Shown: positions 45,397 through 54,217 of the stretch, in pieces
Numbering within the stretch: the first letter of the stretch is position 1
How the letters are laid out: each line of letters opens with the position of its first letter
The notes under the pieces: model-generated
What the model was told of the DNA's origin: nothing
The model's database searches: none
Seen by the model: only the letters and a program-made list of their open reading frames with translations
Source of the DNA: a virus
DNA length: 64,000 nucleotides
Direction: 5' to 3' (one strand)
IMG/VR virus record: IMGVR_UViG_3300045988_167063
Made by a program: the position numbers and the translations under genes

Positions 45397-45996
45397 ATGT
45401 TTAGAATTAGAGTGAACAAAAATAAAATGCCTTATATTATTGAGGCTTTTTGCAAAAGAATTAAGAAAGAAAAGTTAAGAGATATTGAATATTGGCTTGA
45501 TAACAATTTGGATATAGCTCAATATTTCTTAACTAACTATGTAAAATTGGCTAAATTAAAGCAATTATATGATGATTTAACAGTTGACATTATGAGGTAT
45601 TATCAAAGAAAAGACTTAACTGCAAACGAAATGAAAAATGAATTTAATCATATTATGTGGAAAACTCAATTTAATCATTCGTTTGATACTATGGCAAATA
45701 AAAATCCTATCAATATAAATGATTTTAATAGCCGAATTGATTATTATTTAGAAGAGATAAATTATATAAATAATAATAAATTCCATTATAAACACTTATC
45801 TTTTACCACAATTATGGCAGATTGGGCAGTTTTGGGAAGTTATCTAACTGTATTATCATCAAGATATGGCAGGAATTTGACTAAATCTGAATATGAACTT
45901 GCTGATAGAATGATAAAAGAGAATAAAAAGTTAAATTATAGGCAATTTAAAAATTCAATTTCAAAATCAAAAATGAAAATCGAAAATAAGAATTGA
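45397..45996 (+). CDS. hypothetical 199-aa protein
   Basis: AAGGAG SD. Confidence 0.65.
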   Translation: MFRIRVNKNKMPYIIEAFCKRIKKEKLRDIEYWLDNNLDIAQYFLTNYVKLAKLKQLYDDLTVDIMRYYQRKDLTANEMKNEFNHIMWKTQFNHSFDTMANKNPININDFNSRIDYYLEEINYINNNKFHYKHLSFTTIMADWAVLGSYLTVLSSRYGRNLTKSEYELADRMIKENKKLNYRQFKNSISKSKMKIENKN

Positions 45997-46025
45997 AATT
46001 TAAAAATGAAAATTAAAATTTGATA

Positions 46026-46054
46026 TTGACTTTTGGATTTTGTTGTGATATAAT
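46026..46054 (+). promoter_or_regulatory. sigma-A-type promoter
   Basis: TTGACT-17-TGaTATAAT. Confidence 0.75.
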
Positions 46055-46232
46055 GTAGACATCAAAGGAAATAAAACATTGAGGTGACTTTTATGATAAG
46101 AAATAATTTACGACCAAAAGCAAATTTAGATTTAATGGAACTAAAAAGAATAGCGGTTTGCTCTCTCGAATGAAAGAAAGAGATGGAAATGAAAAATTAA
46201 ATAAAATTTGTTTAGAAAATTATAAAAAAGAC

Positions 46233-46261
46233 TTGACAAAATAAAAAGGTTATGGTAAAAT
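46233..46261 (+). promoter_or_regulatory. sigma-A-type promoter overlapping a start codon
   Basis: TTGACA-17-TGgTAAAAT. The -10 ends 5 nt before ATG 46266. Confidence 0.65.
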
Positions 46262-46520
46262 GATTATGACAGAGAAAGAAAGAAAAGTAAAAGACAGCAA
46301 AACAACAGTAAAGGTTCGTGCTTCTATTGAAATGAATATAGAAGTACCCGAAAATGTTAAAAACCCTACTAAATTTGCTATAAGTACTATGGAAAATGAA
46401 ATTGAAAGTAACATTGTAAGACAATCATTTGACTACAATGATTTTAATTATGAAGTTTTAGAAATAAAGAATAAAAGTTTGATTGAAGAAAAAGTTAATT
46501 ATACAGATAAGGAGATTTAA
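46260..46520 (+). CDS. hypothetical 86-aa protein (start 46260 or 46266)
   Basis: ORF track. Confidence 0.6.
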   Translation: MIMTEKERKVKDSKTTVKVRASIEMNIEVPENVKNPTKFAISTMENEIESNIVRQSFDYNDFNYEVLEIKNKSLIEEKVNYTDKEI

Positions 46521-46571
46521 TTATGAGAACAACAGGTGAGATTAGAAGAATGGATGAAGAGGTTGATAAAA

Positions 46572-46850
46572 ATGAATAAATACTTAATAATGAGTAGTAG
46601 TGACATAAATGAAGATGAAAATATCATAGAAGCAAATACACTAACTGAGGCTTTAATTGATTATATTGAAAATTCTACGTATGGTGTAAGTATTGATATT
46701 AATATCTTAAAGAAAACGATTGTGCCTTTAAACGAAACAAAAGAACTAATAGAATATATTAATGCTTTGTTTCTTAATTGGGAAGATATGATTATAGATA
46801 TTTATTTATTGGGTGAACATATTTATAATTCTAAAGACTTAAAAAGATAA
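46572..46850 (+). CDS. hypothetical 92-aa acidic protein
   Basis: GAGG then ATG at 46572, within the track ORF starting at 46536. Confidence 0.6.
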   Translation: MNKYLIMSSSDINEDENIIEANTLTEALIDYIENSTYGVSIDINILKKTIVPLNETKELIEYINALFLNWEDMIIDIYLLGEHIYNSKDLKR

Positions 46851-46867
46851 AGAGAAATTTATAAAAA

Positions 46868-46984
46868 ATGAAACAAATAATTATTAAAGATAAAAAAGTT
46901 AAATGTGTAACAGAAATTCCATATTCACAAGAAATTATTAAAGAAATGAAAAAGGCAGGATATAAGGTCAAAAATGAAGAATAA
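46868..46984 (+). CDS. small hypothetical protein (38 aa)
   Basis: Hand-translated MKQIIIKDKKVKCVTEIPYSQEIIKEMKKAGYKVKNEE. Confidence 0.35.
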   Translation: MKQIIIKDKKVKCVTEIPYSQEIIKEMKKAGYKVKNEE

Positions 46985-47162
46985 AATTATTATTTGTATT
47001 TTAACCATTTTAATTTTTGGTGTTTTATCTTTTTGTGCAGGAAGTAGATATACTATAACACACCAAAAAATTCAAGGAGATGTGTTTAAATATGTTGTTG
47101 TTTTCAATGGTTCAAGATATGGTTACTCGGTAGAAAATGGAAAATTCACAGGTTTGGCATAA
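46974..47162 (+). CDS. small membrane/secreted protein (62 aa)
   Basis: ORF track; N-terminal TM or signal segment. Confidence 0.55.
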   Translation: MKNKIIICILTILIFGVLSFCAGSRYTITHQKIQGDVFKYVVVFNGSRYGYSVENGKFTGLA

Positions 47163-47180
47163 TTTTTTTTAAAAAAACAC

Positions 47181-47209
47181 TTGACATTCTTTATTTTATG
47201 TGTTATAAT
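47181..47209 (+). promoter_or_regulatory. sigma-A-type promoter
   Basis: AAAAAAACACTTGACA-17-TGtTATAAT. Confidence 0.8.
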
Positions 47210-47241
47210 AAGGTCAACAAATAAAGAAAGAGGTCGTTATT

Positions 47242-48126
47242 ATGACAAACACAGAGTTAATAAAGATATTTGAACAGACAATAAGGCAAAAACCATTCTC
47301 TTTAAGTGAGAATACAATTAAGACTTATTTATATCATATTGATAGTCTTTTAAAATTCCTCGACAATAAAAACATTGCCGAGATTATAACAAAAGACATT
47401 AAAAAATATTTGTTTAATATCAGTTCTGTGGGTGTTTCAGATACAACCTATAATATTTCATTGGCAGGGTTTAAATGCTTGTATAAAGCTTTGAGATACA
47501 ATCCTATGACAGAAGATATTATTCAAAATAATCCAGCTATTGATATTCCAAGTATCAAAAACGCAAAACAAAAGAAAAAGACACCTTTAAATGAAATTGA
47601 AAAACAGGCATTATTGCATAGTTGTAAAAATGTAAGAGATTATGCTATTCTTGTAACTTATTTGAATGTTGGCTTGCGTGTTCACGAACTTGTTAATTTA
47701 ACACTTGAACAATATCTTAATCGTGGCGAAAATGGCGAAATTAAACTTGTTGTTAATAAAGGCTCTTATGATGATGAATATATTTTTATCAACGAACAGA
47801 CCGAAAAGGCAATAGATAATTATATTAAGAATTTAAGAAAAGATTGTGGCTGTAAATATCTTTTTGTATCAAATCAAGGCAACCAAATGACACCAAGTTG
47901 TATTTCTAAAACTATTAAGACTTTGGCAAGAAGAAGTGGTAAGTTTTCAGAAGATAGAATTTCACAATTATCAAATCATATTATGCGACACACTATGGCA
48001 ACTGATTTAGTTAATGAAAATGTGCCGATTGATGTTGTTGCAATGGTATTAAGACATCATAGTCTTGCAACAGTTATGACTTATGCAAAGACGGATAAAG
48101 AAAGAGTTATGGAGGCAGTAAGATGA
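47242..48126 (+). CDS. tyrosine recombinase (XerC/D / phage integrase family)
   Basis: N-terminal SAM-like core-binding region, GLRVHELVNL (Arg I), HIMRHTMATDL (H-x-x-R) and LRHHSLATVMTYAKT (catalytic Tyr). Confidence 0.8.
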   Translation: MTNTELIKIFEQTIRQKPFSLSENTIKTYLYHIDSLLKFLDNKNIAEIITKDIKKYLFNISSVGVSDTTYNISLAGFKCLYKALRYNPMTEDIIQNNPAIDIPSIKNAKQKKKTPLNEIEKQALLHSCKNVRDYAILVTYLNVGLRVHELVNLTLEQYLNRGENGEIKLVVNKGSYDDEYIFINEQTEKAIDNYIKNLRKDCGCKYLFVSNQGNQMTPSCISKTIKTLARRSGKFSEDRISQLSNHIMRHTMATDLVNENVPIDVVAMVLRHHSLATVMTYAKTDKERVMEAVR

Positions 48127-48284
48127 CAGATATTCAAGAGGAAAAAGTTGACGAAATTAAAAGAAGTCTTGATAGGGTTTATTTTTACACAGACGCTGGG
48201 GATTGTGTAGTAATTACGGGCAGTAAAAATGGTGATTTAGTCACTTATGATATATATAGTAACGGTTGGGCTACGAAAATATGA
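48123..48284 (+). CDS. small hypothetical protein (53 aa)
   Basis: ATGA-coupled; hand-translated. Confidence 0.45.
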   Translation: MTDIQEEKVDEIKRSLDRVYFYTDAGDCVVITGSKNGDLVTYDIYSNGWATKI

Positions 48285-48295
48285 GGAGATAAAAT

Positions 48296-48559
48296 ATGAA
48301 TATAAATATAATAAGACCTTCAGTTGAAATAAAATCTATTAAACTTAAAGATGTTAAAGCAGGAGATGTGTTTTATATCCAAGGGGCAGATGATGTTCCT
48401 TTTTTAAAAACAAAACTTCGTATTCCTGATTTTACTAATAGATATTCTGATGAATATTTGATTGGTGCAATGAATTTGACAAACGGTAATATAATTGATT
48501 TTACTCAAGATACATATGTAAGACTTTATAAAAAAACTAAATTAACAATAGAGGTTTGA
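48296..48559 (+). CDS. hypothetical 87-aa protein
   Basis: GAGGAG SD. Confidence 0.6.
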   Translation: MNINIIRPSVEIKSIKLKDVKAGDVFYIQGADDVPFLKTKLRIPDFTNRYSDEYLIGAMNLTNGNIIDFTQDTYVRLYKKTKLTIEV

Positions 48560-48560
48560 T

Positions 48561-48827
48561 ATGGAACAATATTATATGACAGAAACAAAAATGGGCGATT
48601 TTAGTCTACACAAAATTAAGCGTTTATATGGCATTTTAAAGGCTTTTAAAATCTATGATACTTATTTCCGTATTGAAAGTAAAAATGGAAAATTCACGCT
48701 CTCAACCTGCTCATTTCTTATTTTAACAAGTTTGTGTGGACTTAATGAAGTAGTAACAATTAAATTGTATGGAAATGATAAAGAATTATTGGAAAATACA
48801 AAAAGACAACTCGAAAGGATAGCATAA
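48561..48827 (+). CDS. hypothetical 88-aa protein
   Basis: AGAGG SD. Confidence 0.6.
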   Translation: MEQYYMTETKMGDFSLHKIKRLYGILKAFKIYDTYFRIESKNGKFTLSTCSFLILTSLCGLNEVVTIKLYGNDKELLENTKRQLERIA

Positions 48828-49003
48828 TGACAGTTGAAGAATTAGTTTATAAAAAAGACCTATATAATAGTGTTGTATTTATATATGATAACCATAAGGG
48901 TTATTATATCTATATAGGTAAAGCTAAAGATATTCCACAATGTATTTTAGAACGCATTGCAGATGAAAATTCTTATAAGTCAAGACATTTTAATATTTTG
49001 TAA
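48827..49003 (+). CDS. small hypothetical protein (58 aa)
   Basis: TAATG-coupled; hand-translated. Confidence 0.45.
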   Translation: MTVEELVYKKDLYNSVVFIYDNHKGYYIYIGKAKDIPQCILERIADENSYKSRHFNIL

Positions 49004-49012
49004 AAAAAGTTC

Positions 49013-49041
49013 TTGACTTTTGCTTTATTTTGTGGTATAAT
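49013..49041 (+). promoter_or_regulatory. sigma-A-type promoter of the RNA locus
   Basis: TTGACT-17-TGgTATAAT. Confidence 0.8.
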
Positions 49042-49057
49042 ACAGAAGAAGTTAAGA

Positions 49058-49179
49058 GTTGAGCAATTAGAGATTATACTTACTTGTTTGTTTTCATAAT
49101 GTATACCTCTTTCAATTAAAATAATTTACCTCCAAAAAAAATATATAAAACAGGTAGGTGTAATCTTTAATTGCTCAAC
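49058..49179 (+). ncRNA. ~120-nt leader hairpin closed by a 19-bp stem
   Basis: GTTGAGCAATTAGAGATTA (49058-49076) pairs with TAATCTTTAATTGCTCAAC (49161-49179), with one G-U wobble. The interior contains TTACCTCC. Confidence 0.6.
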
Positions 49180-49186
49180 CAAATAT

Positions 49187-49260
49187 AGAGAGTTAGTATA
49201 ATAGTAGTACAACAGACTTTGAATCTGTCGGAAAAGGGGCAGAACCTTTACTCTCTGCCA
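49187..49260 (+). tRNA. tRNA-Gln(UUG)-like cloverleaf with non-canonical D and T loops and an encoded CCA
   Basis: Acceptor AGAGAGT/ACTCTCT, D stem GTAT/GTAC, anticodon arm ACAGA-CTTTGAA-TCTGT, T arm AAAGG-GGCAGAA-CCTTT, then GCCA. Confidence 0.55.
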
Positions 49261-49956
49261 ATCCCTAACGGCGAGGGTTATAATGTGTCCGTACATAAGA
49301 TGAAATCAAATTCCCTAAATGGAGAGTAATCGTGTGTCGTTTTAGGTTTTGCGACTATAAATAATAATTACTTTGTATAGTCTTTTAGGGTGACTCCAAA
49401 GAGTGAGATAATATCAAGAGTGGGTGTGTAAGTTTTGGTAGTTCTTATAGTCAAAATACTACTAAGCACAATATGATAATAGTGAGGTTCTAATTAAATA
49501 TTATTATTTAATATTCCGACTATTTGATAGTGCTTTTATGTGGCAAAAGATATTAAGGAATTTAGCCACGGATTTTTAATTCAAAATCTAAAATTCCATT
49601 AGACAGTTAGCCATTTAAGTGGCAGTGTGTTAAGCACAGAAGATTTTAGGCAAGTTAGTCAAGCCTTCGGTTAAGAAAGACTTAATTGAAAACGGACTAC
49701 ACGCAGTCTGAGCGTGACAAAATCAAGTGTGGTGACTTGAAAAGAAAGATAAGAAAAGCCAAATACTAATTATTACCAAAATAAGTTAGGACTTTTTGTA
49801 TTGAGTGGGTTATTGACCTATCCATAGTTTTTCTAATGTTGTAATTTTACGATAAAAGAGTGTGCATTATTTTATACGAATTTTACAACACCGACTTTGC
49901 ATTGTTTTTTTCTTTGCTCTGACATACGGCAAATTAAATATAGTATGTTATTTATG
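49261..49956 (+). ncRNA. candidate large structured ncRNA (~700 nt; ROOL/GOLLD-like context or a new class)
   Basis: No ORF of 60 aa or more on either strand. Sampled 60-mers are 38-42% G+C against about 28% in flanking genes. Many local hairpins. Bounded by tRNA-like elements and lies downstream of a consensus promoter. Confidence 0.5.
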
Positions 49957-50025
49957 GCAGATATAGTCCAAGTAAGGCATCTATTAACTAAATAGAAAAT
50001 AAGAGTTCAATTCTCTTTATCTGCC
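49957..50025 (+). tRNA. tRNA-like element with an aberrant anticodon loop
   Basis: Acceptor GCAGATA/TATCTGC, canonical T arm AAGAG-TTCAATT-CTCTT, 3-bp D stem. Anticodon arm TCTAT-TAACTAA-ATAGA lacks U33. No encoded CCA. Confidence 0.45.
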
Positions 50026-50053
50026 TCTATTGAATAATAATAGGAGATGAATT

Positions 50054-50230
50054 ATGCGAAAGTATAAAAGAAAAATTGCTCACTATAAAATGGAGCGAGA
50101 AGGTATTAAACACATCAATAAAACAGTAAGAAAGCGAAATGGTGAGGTTATTCCGAGTTTTTTCTCTCAATTTTGGAAAACTTATGTGACTAAACCATTA
50201 GCACCAAAAGTATCATTAAGGAAAGGTTGA
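50054..50230 (+). CDS. small basic protein (58 aa)
   Basis: TAGGAG, 8 nt, then ATG; hand-translated MRKYKRKIAHYKMEREG... Confidence 0.5.
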   Translation: MRKYKRKIAHYKMEREGIKHINKTVRKRNGEVIPSFFSQFWKTYVTKPLAPKVSLRKG

Positions 50231-50237
50231 TAAAAGT

Positions 50238-50582
50238 ATGAAGAAATATGTAACATACACATCTGATGATGGTAAGTTTAGTCATTCAGATGTCAAGAAA
50301 GTAGAACAGTATGAGGCAAAGGTAAAGGCTGAAAAGGAAAGAAAAGCCGAACTTAAAGCAACAAAAGAAGCAAGAAAAGCAGAAGTTGATGAGGCTATAA
50401 ATAAGGCTTATGAACTTTTTAAGCAGTTTATGAAAGATTATGGCACTTATGAAACCAAATACACCACAGTAAGCAATTATAAAGGTGAAAAATTTGATGA
50501 TTTTTTTAAATTTTATAAAATGTTAAATCCGTCATTTTCCGATGCTTTGTCATTTCTTGACGGTTCGTTTTACAAGGATTAA
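50238..50582 (+). CDS. hypothetical 114-aa protein with a Lys/Glu coiled coil
   Basis: ORF track. Confidence 0.65.
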   Translation: MKKYVTYTSDDGKFSHSDVKKVEQYEAKVKAEKERKAELKATKEARKAEVDEAINKAYELFKQFMKDYGTYETKYTTVSNYKGEKFDDFFKFYKMLNPSFSDALSFLDGSFYKD

Positions 50583-50585
50583 AAT

Positions 50586-50819
50586 ATGGAATTAGAATTA
50601 AAAGAAAAAATTGTTGATACTTTTAACAAAGAGTTAAAAGGAAATTATATTAAAAATCTTATAGAAGGCTCTGAAATCGCTTATACGCTTATTTTAGATA
50701 ATATCAACAAAGGATATAGCCTTGAGCAAGTAAAGGCTTTTTGTGAATTACAGTTAAGTCCTAAAGGCAAAGAAACAATGAGAAAAGTAGCAGGAGCAAA
50801 GATAACAAATAATAATTAA
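50586..50819 (+). CDS. hypothetical 77-aa protein
   Basis: ORF track. Confidence 0.6.
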   Translation: MELELKEKIVDTFNKELKGNYIKNLIEGSEIAYTLILDNINKGYSLEQVKAFCELQLSPKGKETMRKVAGAKITNNN

Positions 50820-50836
50820 ATATATAAGGAGAATTT

Positions 50837-51859
50837 ATGGCAAGAGAAATTAGAAGAACAGACTCACAAGGCTTGATTGTAGGTGTGCTTTCTGAATTAG
50901 CACTTGAAATTATTGACGATGAAATTAAGCTTTCAAATGGTAAAACAAAAAAGTGTAAGAGAATTGTAGCAAAAGACAAGAAGTTTAATAGTGCAATTAG
51001 TATTGAAACAGCAAATGGCACTTTTGAATTTCCTGCACCGAGTTTTTGTTCAAGCATCACACGAGAGGGTGAAGAAAGTAAGTCTTTTAAGTCTTGGGAA
51101 ACAGTGGTCAATGAGTATAAGGATAAATTGCATTATGGCGAAAATGCCGACAGAGTTGCATTGACAGTTAGTTATGCCCCTCAAGTTAGTTATAATAGAC
51201 AAAAAGATGATGTGTTAGTCTATGCAAATTCCTTTAATACAAGATATATTACAAGAGTTAGTGAAGAAACTGAAAGTTCAACAGATATGTCAACAGAATG
51301 TATTATCAAGGCAATTAGACCTGAAATGAGAAATGAAGAAGAAACAGGTCGAAAGATTGTCGATATTATGACAGTTGGTTATGGTGATGCTAATACTCCT
51401 TTGATTGGTATTATTTCATCACTTATTATTCCTGAAAATCTTGTTGATGATTTTGAAAATACTTTTGAAATCGGTCAAACTTGTAAGCTTGACTTTGAAC
51501 TGAAAAAGGTAAGGGTTGGTGGCAGTCAAACACAGCAGTCACACGGCTTTGGTAGAAAAGCAAAGGTTAATGAAGGCTTTTCTGTAACAGAAAGAGTAGT
51601 TATTGGTGGTGACGAACCTTATAATGATAGTGATATGGAAACCACACAAGAACTTGCTTATACAAAGACTGAAATTAAGTCGCTCCTCAAGGATTTTGAA
51701 ATTGTTAAAAAGGCAAAGCTTGAAAAGGGGAAAGAAAATGCCTCAAATTCAAATAGTAAGCCGAGAGGTTTAGGTCATAGAGCAACAGTTGAAACACCGA
51801 CTGCAAGTGACAGTCCTTTTGATATTGATGACGAAGATGACGAAAATCCATTTATGTAA
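50837..51859 (+). CDS. SSB-like protein with acidic C-terminal tail (putative)
   Basis: The terminal SPFDIDDEDDENPF resembles the acidic D-D-D-I-P-F protein-interaction tail of SSBs. Sits at the head of the replication/recombination module. Confidence 0.45.
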   Translation: MAREIRRTDSQGLIVGVLSELALEIIDDEIKLSNGKTKKCKRIVAKDKKFNSAISIETANGTFEFPAPSFCSSITREGEESKSFKSWETVVNEYKDKLHYGENADRVALTVSYAPQVSYNRQKDDVLVYANSFNTRYITRVSEETESSTDMSTECIIKAIRPEMRNEEETGRKIVDIMTVGYGDANTPLIGIISSLIIPENLVDDFENTFEIGQTCKLDFELKKVRVGGSQTQQSHGFGRKAKVNEGFSVTERVVIGGDEPYNDSDMETTQELAYTKTEIKSLLKDFEIVKKAKLEKGKENASNSNSKPRGLGHRATVETPTASDSPFDIDDEDDENPFM

Positions 51860-51878
51860 TCAGGGGAGGGGATAATAT

Positions 51879-52895
51879 ATGTCGCTACTTGATGAACTTA
51901 AAAGTATTGCACAAGATAAAGGTGCTTTAGTTGGTGGATTAGAGGGCAAAAAGATTTTAATTTATGGCTCAAATGATTGTGGAAAGACTTATCAATCAAT
52001 GCACTTAGATAAACCACTACTTCTTATGACCGAGAGTGGTGGTGGTGCATTAAGCAATCGTAAAAAGTCTATTTCGACTTGGAGTGCATTTTGTCAAATG
52101 GTTGAAACTTTGGCAGGTAAGCATTATGAGGAAATGAAAAAACTCTTTTCTACAATTATTATTGATACAGCCGAAAATCTTGTTGATTTGTCTGAAAAGT
52201 CAACTTGTAATGAATTTGGTGTTCGTGATTTGAGTGAAATTCAAGGCAGACAAAATGGCTACAAAATTTCAAGGAATAATTTTTCAGCACAAATTAATAA
52301 ATTGACATCACAAGGTTATTGTGTTGTATTTATTTCACACGAGGAAACAGTGGAAAGAACTGACCCTGTTACTAATGAAAAATACTCGTATGTTCAGCCA
52401 AAGGGAACATCAAATGAAAAATCCTCAATGCGTATGCTCCGTGATTTGTGCGATTTTGCCATTTATGTAAGACCAAATGGCATTGACCCAAGCACTTATG
52501 AAACAATACCTTCTACGGCTATTTGTAAAGAAACAAAAACAAGTTTTGCTCGTTCAAGATTTGCTATGCAGACTTTTATTGACCCATTTACAGCCGAAGG
52601 ACTTAAAGAGGCTATTGAAAAAGCCATTGAAAAGTCGGCAGAAAATGAGGGTGTAGCCGTTGAAAAATATAAGCAAAAGAAAGAGTCTTATACAAAACAA
52701 GACTATTTTGATATGATTGCCCCTTATGTTAAGAGGTTGTCAAAGAACTTTGCTAACGAAATTTCAAATATTATTGAGAGTGAACTTGGCGAAGGTCGTA
52801 AAATTACAAGTGCTGACGATGACGAAATTATAAATCTTGATAATATTTATAATAGACTTGTCACACTTGCAACATCGTTAGACATAACGGTGTGA
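51879..52895 (+). CDS. Sak4-like / AAA_24-type RecA-fold ATPase (recombination)
   Basis: KILIYGSNDCGKTYQS (Walker A) and IIIDTAENL (Walker B-like). Confidence 0.55.
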   Translation: MSLLDELKSIAQDKGALVGGLEGKKILIYGSNDCGKTYQSMHLDKPLLLMTESGGGALSNRKKSISTWSAFCQMVETLAGKHYEEMKKLFSTIIIDTAENLVDLSEKSTCNEFGVRDLSEIQGRQNGYKISRNNFSAQINKLTSQGYCVVFISHEETVERTDPVTNEKYSYVQPKGTSNEKSSMRMLRDLCDFAIYVRPNGIDPSTYETIPSTAICKETKTSFARSRFAMQTFIDPFTAEGLKEAIEKAIEKSAENEGVAVEKYKQKKESYTKQDYFDMIAPYVKRLSKNFANEISNIIESELGEGRKITSADDDEIINLDNIYNRLVTLATSLDITV

Positions 52896-52974
52896 GTACA
52901 TAAGAATATAATTGCAAATTATTTAGCCACTTTGATTTTGTGTCGGAGTGGCTAAATTTAAAGGAGTGTTTAAA

Positions 52975-53676
52975 TTGTTCAATAAATTATTTAATAATGA
53001 TTGTTTTAATATAATGAAAAATCTAATAAATGAAAATATTAAAGTAGATGCAATTATTGCCGACCCACCCTATAACATAAAATATACTGATTGGGATAAA
53101 GAATTTAATACTCCTTTGGCTATTGATTTATGTTTAAATTTATTAAAACCCAACGGAAATTTGATTTTATTTCAAGGTTGGTCGAATGTTTGTAAAACAA
53201 TTACATATATAGAAAATGAGCATAAAGAATTATTATTAAATAATTGGATTGCATATGATAGAATAAAAGGTCGTGGAGCAAAGAAAAACTTTGTTTCTAC
53301 AAGAGAAGATATTTTATGGTATTCAAAAGGCAAAAATCCGACTTTTAATAAAATTTATTCAAATATCCCTAAAAAAACAGGCGGTATGGGCAAAAAGAAC
53401 GGAGAAGAAAATCGTGCATTAACAAATGTTTGGTATGATTTGTCACCTATTGTTCCTTGGAGTAAAGAAAGAGTGGCACACCCCTCACAAAAATCTATTC
53501 AGCTTATGGAAAGATGTGTAACTATTTGGACTAATGAAGAAGATACTATTCTTGATTTTACTATGGGTAGTGGCAGTACAGGTGTAGCTTGTAAAAACTT
53601 AAATAGAAATTTTATAGGAATTGAAAATAACGAAGAATATTTTAAAATTGCAAAGGACAGAATATTAAATGCCTAA
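52975..53676 (+). CDS. DNA methyltransferase, N6_N4_Mtase family (beta class, DPPY)
   Basis: IIADPPYN precedes [26 protein letters not shown] 52975 after AAAGGAG is preferred to the track start at 52948. Confidence 0.8.
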   Translation: MFNKLFNNDCFNIMKNLINENIKVDAIIADPPYNIKYTDWDKEFNTPLAIDLCLNLLKPNGNLILFQGWSNVCKTITYIENEHKELLLNNWIAYDRIKGRGAKKNFVSTREDILWYSKGKNPTFNKIYSNIPKKTGGMGKKNGEENRALTNVWYDLSPIVPWSKERVAHPSQKSIQLMERCVTIWTNEEDTILDFTMGSGSTGVACKNLNRNFIGIENNEEYFKIAKDRILNA

Positions 53677-54217
53677 ATGTAGATTTTGCAAAAAAGAAAT
53701 AAAGAACACAAAAGAGTGCTATATAGTCGCAGGAGAGCGTAGAAACACTTATTTTTGTAATATTGAGTGTTATCATAACCAACTTGCAAAAGACAAATAT
53801 AAGCCAAGTAAGACTACAATAACAGGTGATATAAATCCAAGACGAGAATTGACGGACTATATTTTAGCACTTTATGTCAATCAAGGCATAGATAAACACA
53901 ATATTCCGTGGCAAATGATGATGTCACAATTAAAAAATATTATAGATAATCATAAAGAACAAAAATACACTTATCAGTCAATATTATATGTGCTTAAATA
54001 TATGAATATGATAGGTGTTAATTTATTTGATGAAAGGTCAAATGGTTCAGTATTGTCGCTTGTAGAATATTATTATAACGAGGCAAGGCAATATTGTATT
54101 GATACAAATAGACTTAAAAAGGTTTTTGAAAAAGTAGAATTAAATGAAGAACCGATAATTATAACTAAAAATGTGGGCAAAAGTAAATTACAGTCCAAAA
54201 AAATGGACTTTGACTAA
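53669..54217 (+). CDS. zinc-finger protein, candidate replication organizer / helicase loader
   Basis: CRFC..C..EC N-terminus. Assigned by its position directly upstream of the helicase gene. Confidence 0.35.
   Translation: MPKCRFCKKEIKNTKECYIVAGERRNTYFCNIECYHNQLAKDKYKPSKTTITGDINPRRELTDYILALYVNQGIDKHNIPWQMMMSQLKNIIDNHKEQKYTYQSILYVLKYMNMIGVNLFDERSNGSVLSLVEYYYNEARQYCIDTNRLKKVFEKVELNEEPIIITKNVGKSKLQSKKMDFD

Noticed and set aside
47242-48126. Tyrosine recombinase marking a prophage end or attP site.
   Set aside because: The gene is embedded mid-operon among early genes with its own consensus promoter. No adjacent att-like repeat or host tRNA target is seen. It could equally be a resolvase or invertase.
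49957-50025. Second tRNA-like element as an amber suppressor (its loop contains CTA), and stop-codon recoding of the phage.
   Set aside because: The 7-nt loop TAACTAA places CTA out of register and lacks U33. Late and early genes are long, uninterrupted ORFs under the standard code, so there is no sign of TAG or TGA reassignment.
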